Positions 15,001-27,346 of a stretch of DNA of 64,000 bases are shown piece by piece (the first letter of the stretch is position 1; each line of letters begins with the position of its first letter). This stretch comes from Tubiluchus corallicola (taxonomy: Eukaryota > Animalia > Priapulida), in contig JAQGDQ010000232.1 in NCBI GenBank assembly GCA_030141605.1, positions 124,001-188,000 of the forward strand, written 5' to 3'. Made by a program: the position numbers and the translations under genes. A model generated the notes under the pieces. The model had not been told where the DNA came from. It saw only the letters and a list, made by a program, of their open reading frames with translations, and searched no databases.

Positions 15001-16482
15001 CGAATTGGTTTTTCCATGAATGGCTGGTTTGGTTGCATTGTCTTATACTGCGTATTCGCTCCATGGGCAGTGCTCACTGTAGGAATTTTACTAGTAATGG
15101 AAGGGCTGTCAGCTTTTCTGCATGCTCTTCGACTGCATTGGTATACCCGTTTTTTTATTTATACTACTTATATTATAATTGCAGCTTAAGAATCCATTGC
15201 TGAATTTTTTTAACTACTTACTCGTATAGTTGGTACTTTGTTAAGACATTTGAGAAACCCTTTGATAAACATATTCGCAGGTGCTGTCCGAACCAGTCCG
15301 GATGCTTCTCACATACCAGCTAACTTAGTACATTTTCAAGTCTGGCTTTAAGGAAAAGGATACCCTATGAGCTAAAAAGAGAAAAATTTTGTTAATTCCA
15401 AACTAAGTGCATTTATTACAGCTTGTATACAACTATTAAATTTTTCAATTTGTTTCAAACTCGTATGGTTATACTTCTTATTTCCATAAGTTACTTATTG
15501 ACATTGTAAACCAGGGGTGTGCAAATTATCTGACTAGCCGGGCTACATTAAACTTTCCCGCAATTCCTGTGGGCCACAGGCAGTTTGATCAAGGAGCCAA
15601 GTACAGAAAGGCCTAATAACGATTTTTTTTTGCATCCGACCCACGTACATCATTACTACTACACCCAAGAAACTATTTTAGAAGTTATTAAAATTTCTTT
15701 TAAAAACCATATATTTCTACTTTCAGGACAGATAGTGGTAATTTCATTACAATGCATATTAGTAATGTGTATCACACTGTCTGTGTAGTACAGTGAAATT
15801 AAGCTACAACCATCTTGTAAGGGTTAATGGCATCTGATCTAGTAGAAAAAACTACCCACACTATCTTTGGGATCATGGCATGGACTTCAGCTGGATACAC
15901 TCAATTAATCGCCCGGGCCGCACTTTCATTAGGTTGACAAATCTTCTCGCGGGCCGCACAAATTCTCTCGGCGGGCCGCAATTTGCACACCCCTGTTGTA
16001 AACAAACACAGAAGCTTTCTGTGGAGATGCTTAAATTTGCATGGATTGTTACATTTGACAGAGAAATGTTTGAGGTCCCAGCTCAAGCGTTGAATGTGGG
16101 GCCTTCTTATTGCCGTTCATATTTGATAACTGCTGAACATTCAATACAAAAAATAAAAGTTAATTGATAAATGGTACTAAAATTGTAAATATTTTAGACT
16201 TTACTCATTGTCAGTGTATGCAGATAAATAAGATATTATTAATTTATTTACTTGCAGGTATTTAACTTGGAAAAAATATGAAACAGTAAGATATCATTTC
16301 GTTTCATATAGAAAATTTCATTCGGCGATAGTTGAAGTTATCTCTTTTTATGATAGACAATATTTGCTTGTTGTTACAGGGTGGAGTTCCAGTCCAAGTT
16401 TTACAGTGGTGTTGGCTACATGTTCATTCCATTTTCGTTTGAAGAAATTTTGAAAGAGGCATCTGATGAACCTGAATTATGA
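1..16482 (+). CDS. ATP6V0A1: V-type proton ATPase 116 kDa subunit a (V0 a; Vha100/ATP6V0A1-like), 5'-truncated; coding exons join(<1..50,417..545,1031..1161,1548..1674,1990..2072,2930..3023,3929..4141,6264..6414,6885..7024,7336..7472,8668..8794,9094..9212,10068..10299,12394..12501,13256..13393,14028..14145,14969..15140,16380..16482)
   Basis: All 17 introns are GT-AG with compatible phases. The spliced translation contains the family motifs [151 protein letters not shown] (essential Arg) and [23 protein letters not shown]. Stop TGA at 16480-16482; AATAAA near 16678 and 16691. Exact paralog assignment is uncertain. Confidence 0.97.
10897..12298. repeat. Intronic 32-bp minisatellite (consensus GTGAGAGATAAACACTGATGTGAGAACATGGA), about 44 copies, degenerate at the right end
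   Basis: Direct tandem periodicity of 32 nt. A variant block recurs 218 bp apart (ACTGACGATAG at 11041 and 11259). Lies inside V-ATPase intron 10300..12393. Confidence 0.95.
15512..15995. mobile_element. hAT-superfamily MITE (484 bp) in the last V-ATPase intron
   Basis: Perfect 16-bp TIRs CAGGGGTGTGCAAATT ... AATTTGCACACCCCTG; perfect 8-bp TSD TTGTAAAC (15504-15511 and 15996-16003); subterminal GCGGGCCGCA motifs; no transposase ORF. Confidence 0.92.
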
Positions 16483-18322
16483 AAAAGGAAGCTTAAGATT
16501 TGTAACTGATGATGTTTATACTAAACTCTTTTGGCATTAGTTGATTTATGGAATACGGTAGAGGTGCGTTGATTGTTTCTCACTTTATTATATATGTATG
16601 TATTCTCATATTTAAGCCTTTTTTACAGACTTACTGGGACCAGTTTATTGCACAATGACATTGATAGAAAAATCAACAATAAAATCATACAATAAAAGAT
16701 AGAAAAATCGGGATTCTTCAGCACATCCTGTGCTACTTTCAGGTGGGAAAAGAGAAACAAATATTGCTAAATATGTTTTTTTAGATTTTTCGGTTTATAG
16801 TACAATCCATGAGCAAAAAACATACAACACAGAAAAATTTGCATAAAAAAGTAGAAAATACTTAGTCAATTACTAGCAGCAGAGCACAGTGCGTAGCGGG
16901 TACACTAATATACATAACAGCAAAATACATTGTTAGTAATTATGCTGCTGATGTATAAATCAAATTCCAAACTCTTTGTGGTGTGTTGAACAAATGAGGA
17001 TAGAAGAATGAAACTACTTGTGGTGTGTTACCAGCAGAGGATCTGCGTAAAACTATTTTTGTGGCCAGACTCTAACTGGAAAACAAGAATCAAAGTTGTA
17101 CTTTATACTAAATCAAATTATGTATGTTATAAATCATAGTGTACCTGAATAATAATCACCTAGACCTGAGGGTCTGGCTTTCTATAATACTGTGCTACCA
17201 GTGATATTTTATGCAAAATGCATCTTTTGCTTTTCAATACTGTATCTTCTTTGCTTAATGAGTGACAGTGTTTGCTATGCGATTGTGTCATAAGTGAAAA
17301 ATTCATAACAAACTAGTACTTGTCACAAATTTAAATGCTGCGCATGTGCAGAGAGAGATTACTAGCCTGCAACATCGATCAGTACTTCGCGAGTGTGTCG
17401 TTCAAGGACTGTACTTACCTAACTATCATATGCAGCTTTTGTATCATACAACATGGTGCCCATTATTAAAATGCTCGTCTAACAAAATGTTTACCTAACA
17501 GAATTTGAATAACAAATTGGTTTTACCTTACAATTGGCGTGAGTCTAGCAAAATTTAAGTCTATGGTGTTTATTAATATTTTGTTTTCTCGGCCGATTTC
17601 CAGTTTTTTGTCGTATGTGTTACCATTGCTATTTGCAGTTTTGAAATTTTGAAAAGTTAGCTTATTTTTAACGAACAAATCTCAATTTAGAGGCAATTTC
17701 GTTTTCGTCATTATTTCTGCTGACCAAAATTTGGATGATTTTTAATGCATGTTTCAGATATAGAATCATTTTGCAGCTCCTGCTTTTGGGTTTGTTTTCA
17801 AAAATATTACGTCTAAAACATGCTGTTTAAAAGATCTCATACCATGGTTAGATCTGAGTTTTGAATTGGATTGTGAATCTAGCAAAGATTGTGACTCAGT
17901 TTAACGAACGTCGACATTTTGAAAATGTGCCTTCTTATTATATATATATCTATATAGATATAGATATATATATATTTACAGTTATATACACATGAAATAC
18001 ATCAAGTAGAGCAAAACAAATGTGCCAAAGTTTTGATCACTATATCATACGAAGATAATTGTAACAGAATCACTTGAAAATCACCATACTGGTATTACAG
18101 CCAATTGTGTGTAAGCACCAAAAATTTAGGTCTTGTCCTTAGATTTGTTTTTCTATTCACAGTATATTTGCGAGTTATTCAAGCTGAACTTAATTTTGGT
18201 GATATTCCATCTTTAAAGATCAAGAAAAGGCAATTTTAAAGTGTCCCAAAAATGTTTCCATACAAAGCTATATTACTTAGCATTACACTTACCCGCTTTT
18301 AAAAGACTAGAAGCTAGAAAAG

Positions 18323-18690
18323 TAACTAGAAAAAATTATTAGTAATTTAAAATGTTCGTTCAAACTGGTAAAATGTCATTGACTCACCTTCCCAGTGTGC
18401 GCCACTGACTCACCAAAAAAACTTATTTTTAATCTTATTTGAAAGATACAGTAATTTATACTTCTGCTTAGTTAGTGAAGTGTGCACTACGAGTGCACTG
18501 GTTTAGTTTATTTTTTCAGATTTTGCACAGTGTTATCTAAACTTGTTTTAAACGACCTATTACCAAAATGGCTGTGCCTGATGGTCATTGCGGGAGTTTA
18601 AATTTATAAATTTTGTACAGTGTTTCTGCTAAGAGAAGTTCTGAGCACAATAAGTTAGTATATAGGTGATAAAAAACTCCAAGAAGAATT
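18323..18690. repeat. Dispersed repeat, copy 1 (non-autonomous element, possibly Helitron/Helentron-derived)
   Basis: Aligns by eye with 58488..58834 (TAACTAGA..AAATTATTAGTAATTTAAAATGTTCG.., CTCACCAAAAA, GCTTAGTTAGTGAA, GCGGGAGTTT, GGTGATA). Begins with ACTAG, i.e. CTAGT on the - strand. The class call is tentative. Confidence 0.75.
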
Positions 18691-21681
18691 TTTATTAGTT
18701 TTTATGTAAATAAAGAGTTTTCTTATGCTTTAAATACACAAACGTTTTAAATCAACAAGTCAAAAAACTTAATAACCCAAAACAAATTGTGTGTAACTAT
18801 TTTTAAAGTTTATAGTAAGTGCTCTATGTGTCCACCATTTTCAATGCATACTAGACAAAGGCATTTCTTCCAACAGCTGACACAGTTTCTGATTTTCTAA
18901 GGGGTGTATGGTCCCAGCACTCAAAAATACTTGCTTTTAGTTCCCTTGCATTAAAATTAAATGGCTCTGTGCAGCTATTGTACACTTTCCCTTTAATCCA
19001 GAGGATTAAGTCCCTTTTTTATTGACAACAAATCTTAATCAGTGCTTTGTTTTGTGTGGTGAAGACTATGTTAAAACTGGTTGATTTGATTTCTTCATTG
19101 TTTAGCTGGCACGTATTAAGTGCTTTCTGGCTCAACATGGCTGTTTTTCAATTGATGATTAGCTGACATTGTCCTGGCATTAAATTTTTAATGTGTAAAA
19201 GCTTTATGTCAATAACTTAAAAACTGCTAAAGCTATAACCTTGTAACTTTCACAGCCGAAAAGTTAATGTTTTGTGATGTCACGCTGTGAAATTATAGTT
19301 TTCTGATTACTTGCTTCTAATATTATTATTGTCTAAACTTCGGCACATTTTTTTGCTCCAACCGACTTATGTATATATGGTGGGAAATGACATTTAAGCA
19401 ATGTAAGATCTTACTTGCAAATATGCTCACCCACCATGATTTTTATAGCGAATTTTACTCTCGTTATTTTGCAGTTCGTTAAAACTCAGTTAAATTCTGT
19501 ACTTTTTGCAAAAATCTAAACATGGAAGAGCTTTTCTATTTTTTATGTTTTTTTACAATTCTCCAAGAACAAATAGAGCTTTCTCTGTAATAATTGTTGA
19601 TAACTATACCGTATTTTATTATTGTTACTATTTTTCCTATATATATATATCTTAAAAATTCAACTTATAATATGTATATTAACACATTATTTTGTTATTT
19701 CACTGATGTAGTTTATACTTTTTCTACCAGATATTTTTTACTTCAATAAACCAACCTGTTAACATTGATAAACATTTGTCACTATTTAATAAAACTATGC
19801 ATGACAATTTAATGCTTCTGTGGTGTTTTTTGTTTTTTATTTGCAACATACATTACAATTAATTTTCATCTAATTTATGGATATTCTAAATTAAGTTTCT
19901 TTGTGGTTCAGTTTTTTGACTATTTGACAGCTGGAGTAAGTTTGCTAAAGAAGCATTGTTAAAAAGATATGTTTGTTTTTATCTGGGTGATCTTGGGTAC
20001 TATTACATGAAAGACTTGCACCAAAGGTACCTGCTGCTTCCTTGTCTTTCACACTGAATTCTCAGAGTGAAGATGTAGTAAATAAAGAGCCACCTGCATT
20101 GCAGATTTCTTGCCATGAAATTCTGAATAATATCAGGTAGATGTATAATATCAGGTGACAAAGTTAAAAATGGTTGAGGTTGTCTGTTCAATGTTGATTG
20201 TGCAGCACAGGTCTCACTCATTTTATTGGCAATAATAGTATTGTAAAGGTGGTATCACCCTTTTTGTAAACAAAACAAGAAAGCTACATTGTAGTGAGAA
20301 ATTAATAATTCTGCAATCTTACATACTACATCTATTTACATATTATCAGTTTTCTTATACTCTTTCTAGTATTTCTAAATTATGCATTGTTATAATGACA
20401 TTACACAAGTACATACTACACAATAAGAACAGAAATTTCAATTAAAAGCCTCTTGATTACAATATTACTCTCCGTCGTGCAAGTAACTGATGGTATAATA
20501 CACTGACAAAGTGCAAAAGTTTTTTTCTACGCTAAGGTTGTAATACCTATAAAATTCGATTTGTTGTTTGGACACTTATAAATGAAACATCAAATCGTAA
20601 ATAATAAAAATGCTAAGCAGAAAAAGTACGACAACTTTTTATTCATGATGTAAGGTTAAGTGCATAACTGCATATATTGATAACGATTTTCGTATTTGTC
20701 TTTGGACACCACCACTTGCAAGTACATGTATTAACATTTTATAAAATATTGAATAAAGTGCTGAAAAACGCGTGTTTGTGCAATTACACTCTGGTAATCT
20801 AATCTATATTTAGCTGCCTGCAGAAATATAACAAGGAATGTATAACTTTTGGTCAGTAATACTTTAACAATGAATTTCAAAGAAAGAGTTAATTATTATT
20901 TAGTCATTAAAGTTGGCATTTTGCCTTTTTCATCTATTTGTGCATTTTGCCACTGAAACTTTAGAACTGCACTGTAGATTGGAATCTTCTTTACAACTAC
21001 CCTAGTGCTTTTTGGGGGGTTCCTCGTGAGATTTTACCTGAAACTGCGCTCATTTTTGTAGGCATAAATAATAAATGCAACAGGTTTTTTAATGCATAAT
21101 TGTCAGATGTGTTAAATGATGCTCTAGTTATCGAAAGTTAGTTACAAAACGTGTGAGTGCGTGCGTTCTAACACATAAGGGTTATAGTTTGTAATTTATA
21201 GTTTACAATAATTATCAGTCACTACAATGAATTTTTGGTGTTAACTTTCTTCCATTTGATTGTATAATCGCTAATTCTGTCTGCTCACAAGTTTTACAAA
21301 CTTATATTTAATAATAAGTAGTCACTAACTGCATTTCTACGTTTAATAAATTATTTGCGCTCAGCTGCAGACATTTTAACAACACATGTAGTGAGTTGTA
21401 ATTTGAAACTGTGTTTGTATTGAATTAATATTAAACTTGAATGAAACCACTTAAGAACTGCATGACGTATGTAGAATATGTTGCTTATGTAGAATATTGC
21501 CACGAGAATCTATTAGCTACCGATCTGTTAGAATTTTGTTATTTCCGCTGGCAGTGTGGGGGTTTTCCTAATACATGAGCCAAAATCTTGTACGCATTTC
21601 TGCATCTGTGCATCAATTAACTGATGTTTTTAGACTTTATTGAGGTTGCTGCTTCTGCGTATATGCTTGTGTCATGCGGTT

Positions 21682-21992
21682 TTAAGTTGAATCAGCTTTG
21701 TTAACAGCCATATTCCGATGAAGTGCTTCAAAGATCATATTGCCAAATGGCTGGTAATTACGTTTGCCAAACATTGAGCCATATATTCTCCTTTTTCCGA
21801 AAATTGCTCCCTGAAACCGGCGATCTACTGAATGGCTGGTGTCACTTTTCTTGCCAAACGGGGATGCTTGTATTGGTGCCCGACGATTGATTTCACCTGG
21901 CTCGCGATCTGCTTCATGTCCTCTTTTTGCTGTTCCAGTATTGCCGTCACCATTGTCTTCAAAATCAAATTGTCTTCTAGTGTCTCTTTTAC
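21682..21992 (-). CDS. Terminal coding exon of precursor A (absent from the ORF track): (G)KRDTRRQFDFEDNGDGNTGTAKRGHEADREPGEINRRAPIQASPFGKKSDTSHSVDRRFQGAIFGKRRIYGSMFGKRNYQPFGNMIFEALHRNMAVNKADST*
   Basis: Hand translation of the reverse complement. 311 nt = 2 + 103 codons, open throughout, with acidic spacers and repeated FG-K/R sites typical of prohormones. Confidence 0.88.
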
Positions 21993-24900
21993 CTGTACAA
22001 AATAAATAAATTCATTATGTGTGCTTCTTCTATTCCCTTCGATTTTAGTATGTAGACAAAGCGTTCTCATATGTGTACTTTTCCACATTATGGTAAATGA
22101 ACAATACATAGCAAAATACTTAATATACATTTATCATTAATCTAACAGAAAGATGTTGCGGGATAACGGTCTAATCTTTCTGTGCTGTCAATAAAAAAGC
22201 ACAATTCTGTAACCAGAGCTTCGCAGGCGATATCACATGAATGAAACACTCCTTCAAAACAGTGGCATAAAACTAAACTAAGTACAATTGTCTTTAACTT
22301 TTGTACTCATTTCCATTATTATAACTCTCATAAACACAAATTATATTAGTAAAGTTAGAGTATTACAATCATAATATTTAACAAAATTAAACAAGTATTT
22401 TCAACTTTTTTGTTATTCTACGTTCTGCAGCAAGACTAGTGTCAAAACATAAAACTTTCTATGACTGAAGTAGCCGTTGTTTTTTCAGTGTTGCAGTTTG
22501 GTGGTTAAAGTAGCCATTGTTTCAGTGCTGCAGTTTGGTGGTTAAAGTAGCCATTGTTTCAGTGCTACAGTTTGATGGTTAAAGTAGTCATTGTTCCAAT
22601 GCTGCAGTTTGATGGTTAAAACGGTCGTTATTTCATTTTAAAGTGCTGCTGCAGGGTGGTTTTAAGTTTCCTTCATGCAAGGTTCTCTCTTGTAAACACG
22701 AAAATTTGAATGTTTTATTCTGTAAACAAACTTTAAGGAACAACTTTAATGCTTCCAACATTCAAAATAATTCAGTGAATGTGCACACACGTTGACTGAT
22801 ATCACTAACAGACTGCTGCATTTTCAATTCATAATTATTGGTATGGATAACTTTAGATGTTGCGCCGCTTGATGTGCGAGTATCTAAGAGAACCCATAAG
22901 CCAATTATTTGTTGTGATAGGTATCCAGTTTTAGGGATCGTCTCTTAACTTTGAATAACTAGAAAAATGTAAAACGTTGAGTCACAAAACTTGCAAGGGT
23001 AGACATCTGGGGCCTTGGCAATGATATGGTGAGCGACTAAAACTGTTCAAAGGATCAAAAACGATGGACAAAATTCATTTTTTTTTATAAAAGTATACCC
23101 TACACTATGCACCATAATACCTATGTAAGAATTTAGATATTTTGGTGTAGATGTGCACATGGGTGCTCAGAATTGCTGTAGGTACGGTGAGCCTTGTCGA
23201 AAGGGTCACAGTAATAGGCACAGAAATGTGAAAATGCCAGGGTAGGGTAACGAAACTTTAAGGGCAGATACTTGTGGTAGGGGGATAGATAATAACGTAG
23301 TGAACGGTGATCTCATTCTTGATAGGATGAAGGACACAGGAGAGACACGAAACTTCCAAGATAGACTAGGGTAGGGTCAGCAGTAGTGCGGTTAAAAAGC
23401 CAGAATTTTTCGAAAGGCACGAGAGAAAATTTGAGCAAACTGGTCAGTCACACATGAGTGAACCGCACTGAGTTAGGTATGGTCAAATAATAGTTAATCA
23501 CGAGCGCTATGCACACTGGCGAGTCACACATGAGAATAATAATCTACAGTTTTTGACAGGAGTAAATTAAAACCACACTGGACCAGGCATAGTCATGAGA
23601 TAAATAGGGGCATGCTCACGGACTTGGATATGAATTCATTCAGTCTTGTTTTAATAGCATCAGAAATTAGTTTTGTTGACCCTAGAAATGTGTCTTGACT
23701 TTTTGGCGAATAAAGCCGAAACGTAATTTATAACTTCATTTTTACATGAACTTACTCTGCATCTTTTTGTTTGATTGCTCTTAATGTAACATAATTTTGT
23801 TGCCATTGTTTCAGTGCTACAGTTTGATGGTTAAAGTAGTCATTGTTGCAATGCTGCAGTTTGATGGTTAAAACGGTCGTTATTTCATTTTAAAGTGCTG
23901 CTGCAGGGTGGTTTTAAGTTTCCTTCATGCAAGGTTCTCTCTTGTAAACACGAAAATTTGAATGTTTTATTCTGTAAACAAACTTTAAGGAACAACTTTA
24001 ATGCTTCCAACATTCAAAATAATTCAGTGAATGTGCACACACGTTGACTGATATCACTAACAGACTGCTGCATTTTCATTTCATAATTATTGGTATGGAT
24101 AACTTTAGATGTTGCGCCGCTTGATGTGCGAGTATCTAAGAGAACCCATAAGCCAATTATTTGTTGTGATAGGTATCCAGTTTTAGGGATCGTCTCTTAA
24201 CTTTGAATAACTAGAAAAATGTAAAACGTTGAGTCACAAAACTTGCAAGGGTAGACATCTGGGGCCTTGGCAATGATATGGTGAGCGACTAAAACTGTTC
24301 AAAGGATCAAAAACGATGGACAAAATTCATTTTTTTTATAAAAGTATACCCTACACTATGCACCATAATACCTATGTAAGAATTTAGATATTTTGGTGTA
24401 GATGTGCACATGGGTGCTCAGAATTGCTGTAGGTACGGTGAGCCTTGTCGAAAGGGTCACAGTAATAGGCACAGAAATGTGAAAATGCCAGGGTAGGGTA
24501 ACGAAACTTTAAGGGCAGATACTTGTGGTAGGGGGATAGATAATAACGTAGTGAACGGTGATCTCATTCTTGATAGGATGAAGGACACAGGAGAGACACG
24601 AAACTTCCAAGATAGACTAGGGTAGGGTCAGCAGTAGTGCGGTTAAAAAGCCAGAATTTTTCGAAAGGCACGAGAGAAAATTTGAGCAAACTGGTCAGTC
24701 ACACATGAGTGAACCGCACTGAGTTAGGTATGGTCAAATAATAGTTAATCACGAGCGCTATGCACACTGGCGAGTCACACATGAGAATAATAATCTACAG
24801 TTTTTGACAGGAGTAAATTAAAACCACACTGGACCAGGCATAGTCATGAGATAAATAGGGGCATGCTCACGGACTTGGATATGAATTCATTCAGTCTTGT

Positions 24901-25574
24901 TTTAATAGCATCAGAAATTAGTTTTGTTGACCCTAGAAATGTGTCTTGACTTTTTGGCGAATAAAGCCGAAACGTAATTTATAACTTCATTTTTACATGA
25001 ACTTACTCTGCATCTTTTTGTTTGATTGCTCTTAATGTAACATAATTTTGTTGCATTAATGTTTTCTCGTTTCTTGTACTACTTTTGTGATTTTCAATTC
25101 ACTAATATCAGACAACAATGATACACCTCATTTATATTTTTATTCTACGTGGTTTAGTTTAATCCATTTGGTACATTACGCATTCAGTCATTCAATGTTC
25201 TTACCTCTGTAACCGTGAGAAACTAGAACCTTCTCAAAATGAGGGCTAATTGGTGATTTTCCGAAATAAGGGACAATTTCTGGGTAAATTTCTTCCATGG
25301 TATATGGTACGTCTCTTCCGAATATGGAGCCATGGATTGGCATGCCTCTGGCATACCTCTGTTGGTAATCATCATTTAAACCGTCTGACCCAAAAATATC
25401 GACTACAGCTTCTGGATCTTGTCTCTCTGATCTATACATCCTTCTATAGGGGCTGTAATAAATTTCTTGGCTTTTCTGATAGTTGTTTGGAGATCTAGGC
25501 AGCAAATACACCGGGGAAATAAAGATTGCCAGGAGAAAAACTGCTATTATAATTCTCGATAAATCTGTTTGCAT
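21682..25574 (-). CDS. Neuropeptide precursor A (multi-copy GxxF-amide / SIFamide-NLP-10-like), complement(join(21682..21992,25205..25574)), 226 aa
   Basis: N-terminal hydrophobic signal peptide (IIIAVFLLAIFISPVYL). Phase-1 donor AGAG|GTAAGA at 25204 matches acceptor TTTTGTACAG|GT at 21993, creating ...SHGYR-G-KR. Peptides flanked by basic sites and amidation Gly: RYAR-GMPIHGSIF-G-R, RR-APIQASPF-G-KK, RR-FQGAIF-G-KR, KR-RIYGSMF-G-KR. Stop TAA 21684-21682; AATAAA 21641-21636; splice acceptor 9 nt upstream of the ATG. Confidence 0.88.
22467..22620. repeat. 37-bp minisatellite (AAGTAGCCATTGTTTCAGTGCTGCAGTTTGGTGGTTA), about 4 copies
   Basis: Direct tandem repeats. The last two units are carried into the adjacent duplication (23802..23872). 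Confidence 0.85.
22550..25054. repeat. Head-to-tail tandem duplication of a ~1252-bp unit (22550..23801 / 23802..25054) inside the intron of precursor A
   Basis: Copies look identical except for 2 substitutions (TTCCAAT/TTGCAAT; TTCAATTC/TTCATTTC) and a 1-bp T-run indel (T9/T8) that I could see. Offset is 1252, then 1251. Confidence 0.95.
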
Positions 25575-27076
25575 TGTTGAGCTCTGAAAGAAGAAAAACA
25601 GTTTATAGATATATGAACAATACGGTGTTTAGGAACAATAGCATTTTTTTGTAGATAACATTGACAAACGAATGTGCACTAAGCCAGTGAAATCATAAGA
25701 TTAAATAACATATTTAGAATAGCACATAGCAAAGAACACAAGCATAGAGAATTATATTTACAAAATAAGTTACTGTTACCGAAAGCGGCAACGTCTGAAA
25801 TATTTAGTTATTAGCAAAAAGTAGTGCGTAACTGAGTTATATAAATAGATTGTAACATTGAAGTTTTCTGTATACGAACTGAAAAGCAGGTAAGGCTACA
25901 TTAACATTTCCACGATTACATGCGAGCAGCATACCAACGTGTCATGCACATATTTTGTGGCTGATTTTGCACAAACAAAATAAAATTTCTATTCCTTGGA
26001 AAATTTGAAAAGTACAAGTATTCATTGTCACATAAACCAGTGAACAATTCTTACTAGTTAATATGATATAGGTGCTACAGGTTATCAATAATTTAACCTG
26101 TAATAAAAGTGCCACTGTAATTTTGTGCATGGTTTTAAAGATCCCCATACTGTGTAGAATTCTTTACAGATTCTCCATTAAAAAATCATTCTCAAAGAGC
26201 AACTACCAAAGTGATAGACCTGCAAAAAGAACCTGCTAAATGAATGAGTCAAACGGGCGGCGTTATTGATTTTTTGCCACAAATTTCTTCCTATTAGCGG
26301 AGGAGACTTACCATGCTATGTCGTAAGCCATATGGCACTGAGTTTACTGCTATCTAAACAACAAAATGTGATTAACACACCAACACAGACAACACTAAAT
26401 CATGCAACAAATTACATAAGCACAATTCTGTGTCATGCTTTTGGTTGCGTATTAATGGCACAGTAATTATTGGTTAATTTGCATAATTTTTGCATATAGC
26501 TGCAGTAAGAGCACACAGCTTAAACCCAGTGGAAGTTTTTTGTGCGCAAAAGTTATCGCGCATGGTGCTTGAGATATTGTAGAACAGAAGCTTTGTTCTA
26601 CGTGAAACTTCTTTTTCTAAACTTGTGCTAAAATTCTCACTTTTGGTTAACTTATTGTGTTTTTGCTTTGCACGATTAATAGCGCAAGGATTTATAGGCA
26701 CATTTATTGATATCCAGTTTCCACGTGGTTTTACTGAGTTTGTAGAGAATATACATAAAGATTTTAATCAGCGGCTTCAAATAAAGAAAACTTTTCACTT
26801 TAAAATTGTAATTTAATTTGTACTCTTCAGTTAACTACAGGGAGATTATAGCCATGTGACGGGAAAATTTGTGGCAATAAGTTTATCGCAGCAATTATGA
26901 GAGTTATGCACAATGGAATATACTACTAGAATAAGCTGATGGAGTATGTTTACAGGTTACATTTAACTGAGAGCGCATGCGCAGACGTACATCGGCTTAC
27001 TAAGCATATTCTATGTACTTTTTTACGAAAGGGAGCATTTACAGGGTACATTTAAGCCTTGCGTACAATCATAATG

Positions 27077-27237
27077 CTTTTATATACAGCACTATAATTT
27101 TATTAAATACATAGGTAGTATGCTAGTTTATCACTGCATCTCGAAAGTGGTGCTGAGATGACGTGAGCACACTACTGATCGCTGACAATTCTCATGTAGG
27201 CTACTATCAATTACAAAATATGCGAATCAACCATTGG
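27077..27237 (-). promoter_or_regulatory. Candidate promoter of precursor A: TATA box, CRE-like site and CCAAT box
   Basis: On -: GTATATAAAAG (27087-27077); TGACGTGA 7/8 CRE match (27159-27166 on +); CCAAT (27237-27233); downstream donor TA|GTAAGC at 27000. An alternative TATATAA (25843-25837) with donor CG|GTAACA at 25779 also exists, so this is tentative. Confidence 0.35.
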
Positions 27238-27346
27238 CTTGAGTTTTTGTAATAGCTGATTTTTGCGAAGTAGTTCTGGTAAAATGTGCTATAAATGAAA
27301 TGTGTCAGCCAAATAATATTATTTAATAAAAATATAGTCTATATTA

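Noticed and set aside
15141-15150. Donor GTATACCC as a U12-type intron
   Set aside because: Does not match the U12 consensus GTATCCTT, and I saw no TCCTTAAC branch site near the acceptor.
21825-22130. 101-aa ORF MYIKYFAM...
   Set aside because: Wrong frame and begins in the intron. The overlapping frame carrying amidated peptides fits the splice phase.
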